Shown here one piece after another: positions 37,151 to 37,632 of a DNA stretch of 37,632 bases; within the stretch, counting starts at the first letter, position 1; the number at the start of each line of letters is the position of its first letter. Position numbers and translations under genes: made by a program. The notes under the pieces are model-generated. The model saw only the letters and a list, made by a program, of their open reading frames with translations. It did no database searches and was not told where the DNA came from. The DNA comes from an uncultured Thermotogae bacterium (GTDB lineage: Bacteria > Bipolaricaulota > Bipolaricaulia > M55B111): the NCBI GenBank assembly GCA_964506635.1, contig CAZDMI010000003.1, positions 1 through 37,632 on the forward strand. Direction: 5' to 3'.

Positions 37151-37632
37151 TTATCCGAGAGCTTCAACTCCGTTTACCCAGTAGTCGACGATTCCCGGAT
37201 GTTCTTCCGCCCACTTGGCACCGGTTCCCGCACCCATATCGCTATACATACTGGAAAGATTGTTTACCATACCGATCGGGAGGTAGAACCGACTGAGGAA
37301 CTGAGATACCTTGCTCGGGAAGTCGGCGACGAAGTCGGTCCGGCCGAGCATGTGGATCCTTTCCTCTTCTCCAAGCATACCTTTGGGTTCCTTCAGGTTC
37401 CGCAGGTCAAACCGGCCGTACATTGAGTGCGGCTGCCAGCCCGTTACGACGATCCACTCGTCGTTCATAATCGCGTCCTTGAGAGAGGCCTGCATCGCGG
37501 CGCCACTACCCTCAAGAAGCTCGTAACCCTCGAGCGCGTCGTATTCATCCATCATGTCATCGGAAATGTTCATGATTCCGGCGCCGGGGTCGATTCCGGT
37601 GATTTCTCCGTCTAATTTTTCTTTGACTTCGG
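37151..37632 (-). CDS. Glycine betaine ABC transporter substrate-binding protein (OpuAC-like), 5' part outside the window
   Basis: The frame is open to the window edge: EVKEKLDGEITGIDPGAGIM, SGAAM, WIVVTGWQPH, LKEPKG. Confidence 0.88.
   Translation of the reverse strand, partial: EVKEKLDGEITGIDPGAGIMNISDDMMDEYDALEGYELLEGSGAAMQASLKDAIMNDEWIVVTGWQPHSMYGRFDLRNLKEPKGMLGEEERIHMLGRTDFVADFPSKVSQFLSRFYLPIGMVNNLSSMYSDMGAGTGAKWAEEHPGIVDYWVNGVEALG

Overview
This window is a bacterial chromosomal segment (standard genetic code, strongly Asp/Glu-rich proteins) that points to an anaerobic, probably salt-in halophile. Candidatus Bipolaricaulota/Acetothermia (KB1-like) is a guess only. I found no rRNA, tRNA, CRISPR array or mobile element. 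From left to right it carries: lgt (partial) and a DUF445 gene; an acetate module (ADP-forming acetate-CoA ligase/GNAT fusion, acs, satP); secA; an unannotated 29-aa membrane peptide plus an exported protein; an orphan gcvH; truncated glmU, prs and rplY; clpC, radA, disA and a purine nucleoside phosphorylase; DUF502, accD and accA; a probably leaderless RHH regulator with an archaeal-type pncB that lacks a canonical start; a SurA-N protein, ppa and ddl. The right end is a minus-strand C1 cluster: two OpuAC-like betaine-binding proteins, a corrinoid protein, gcvPA, gcvPB, an AcsE-like methyltransferase, fhs, folE and an atypical folD. The best candidates for new biology are (1) the corrinoid/glycine-cleavage/THF cluster, (2) the ligase-GNAT fusion that keeps both phospho-His motifs, sits beside acs and shares an upstream motif with it, (3) the CxxC-tailed micropeptide locus and (4) an OpuAC paralog that has lost its Trp cage. 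All family calls come from motif recognition by eye, not from database searches.
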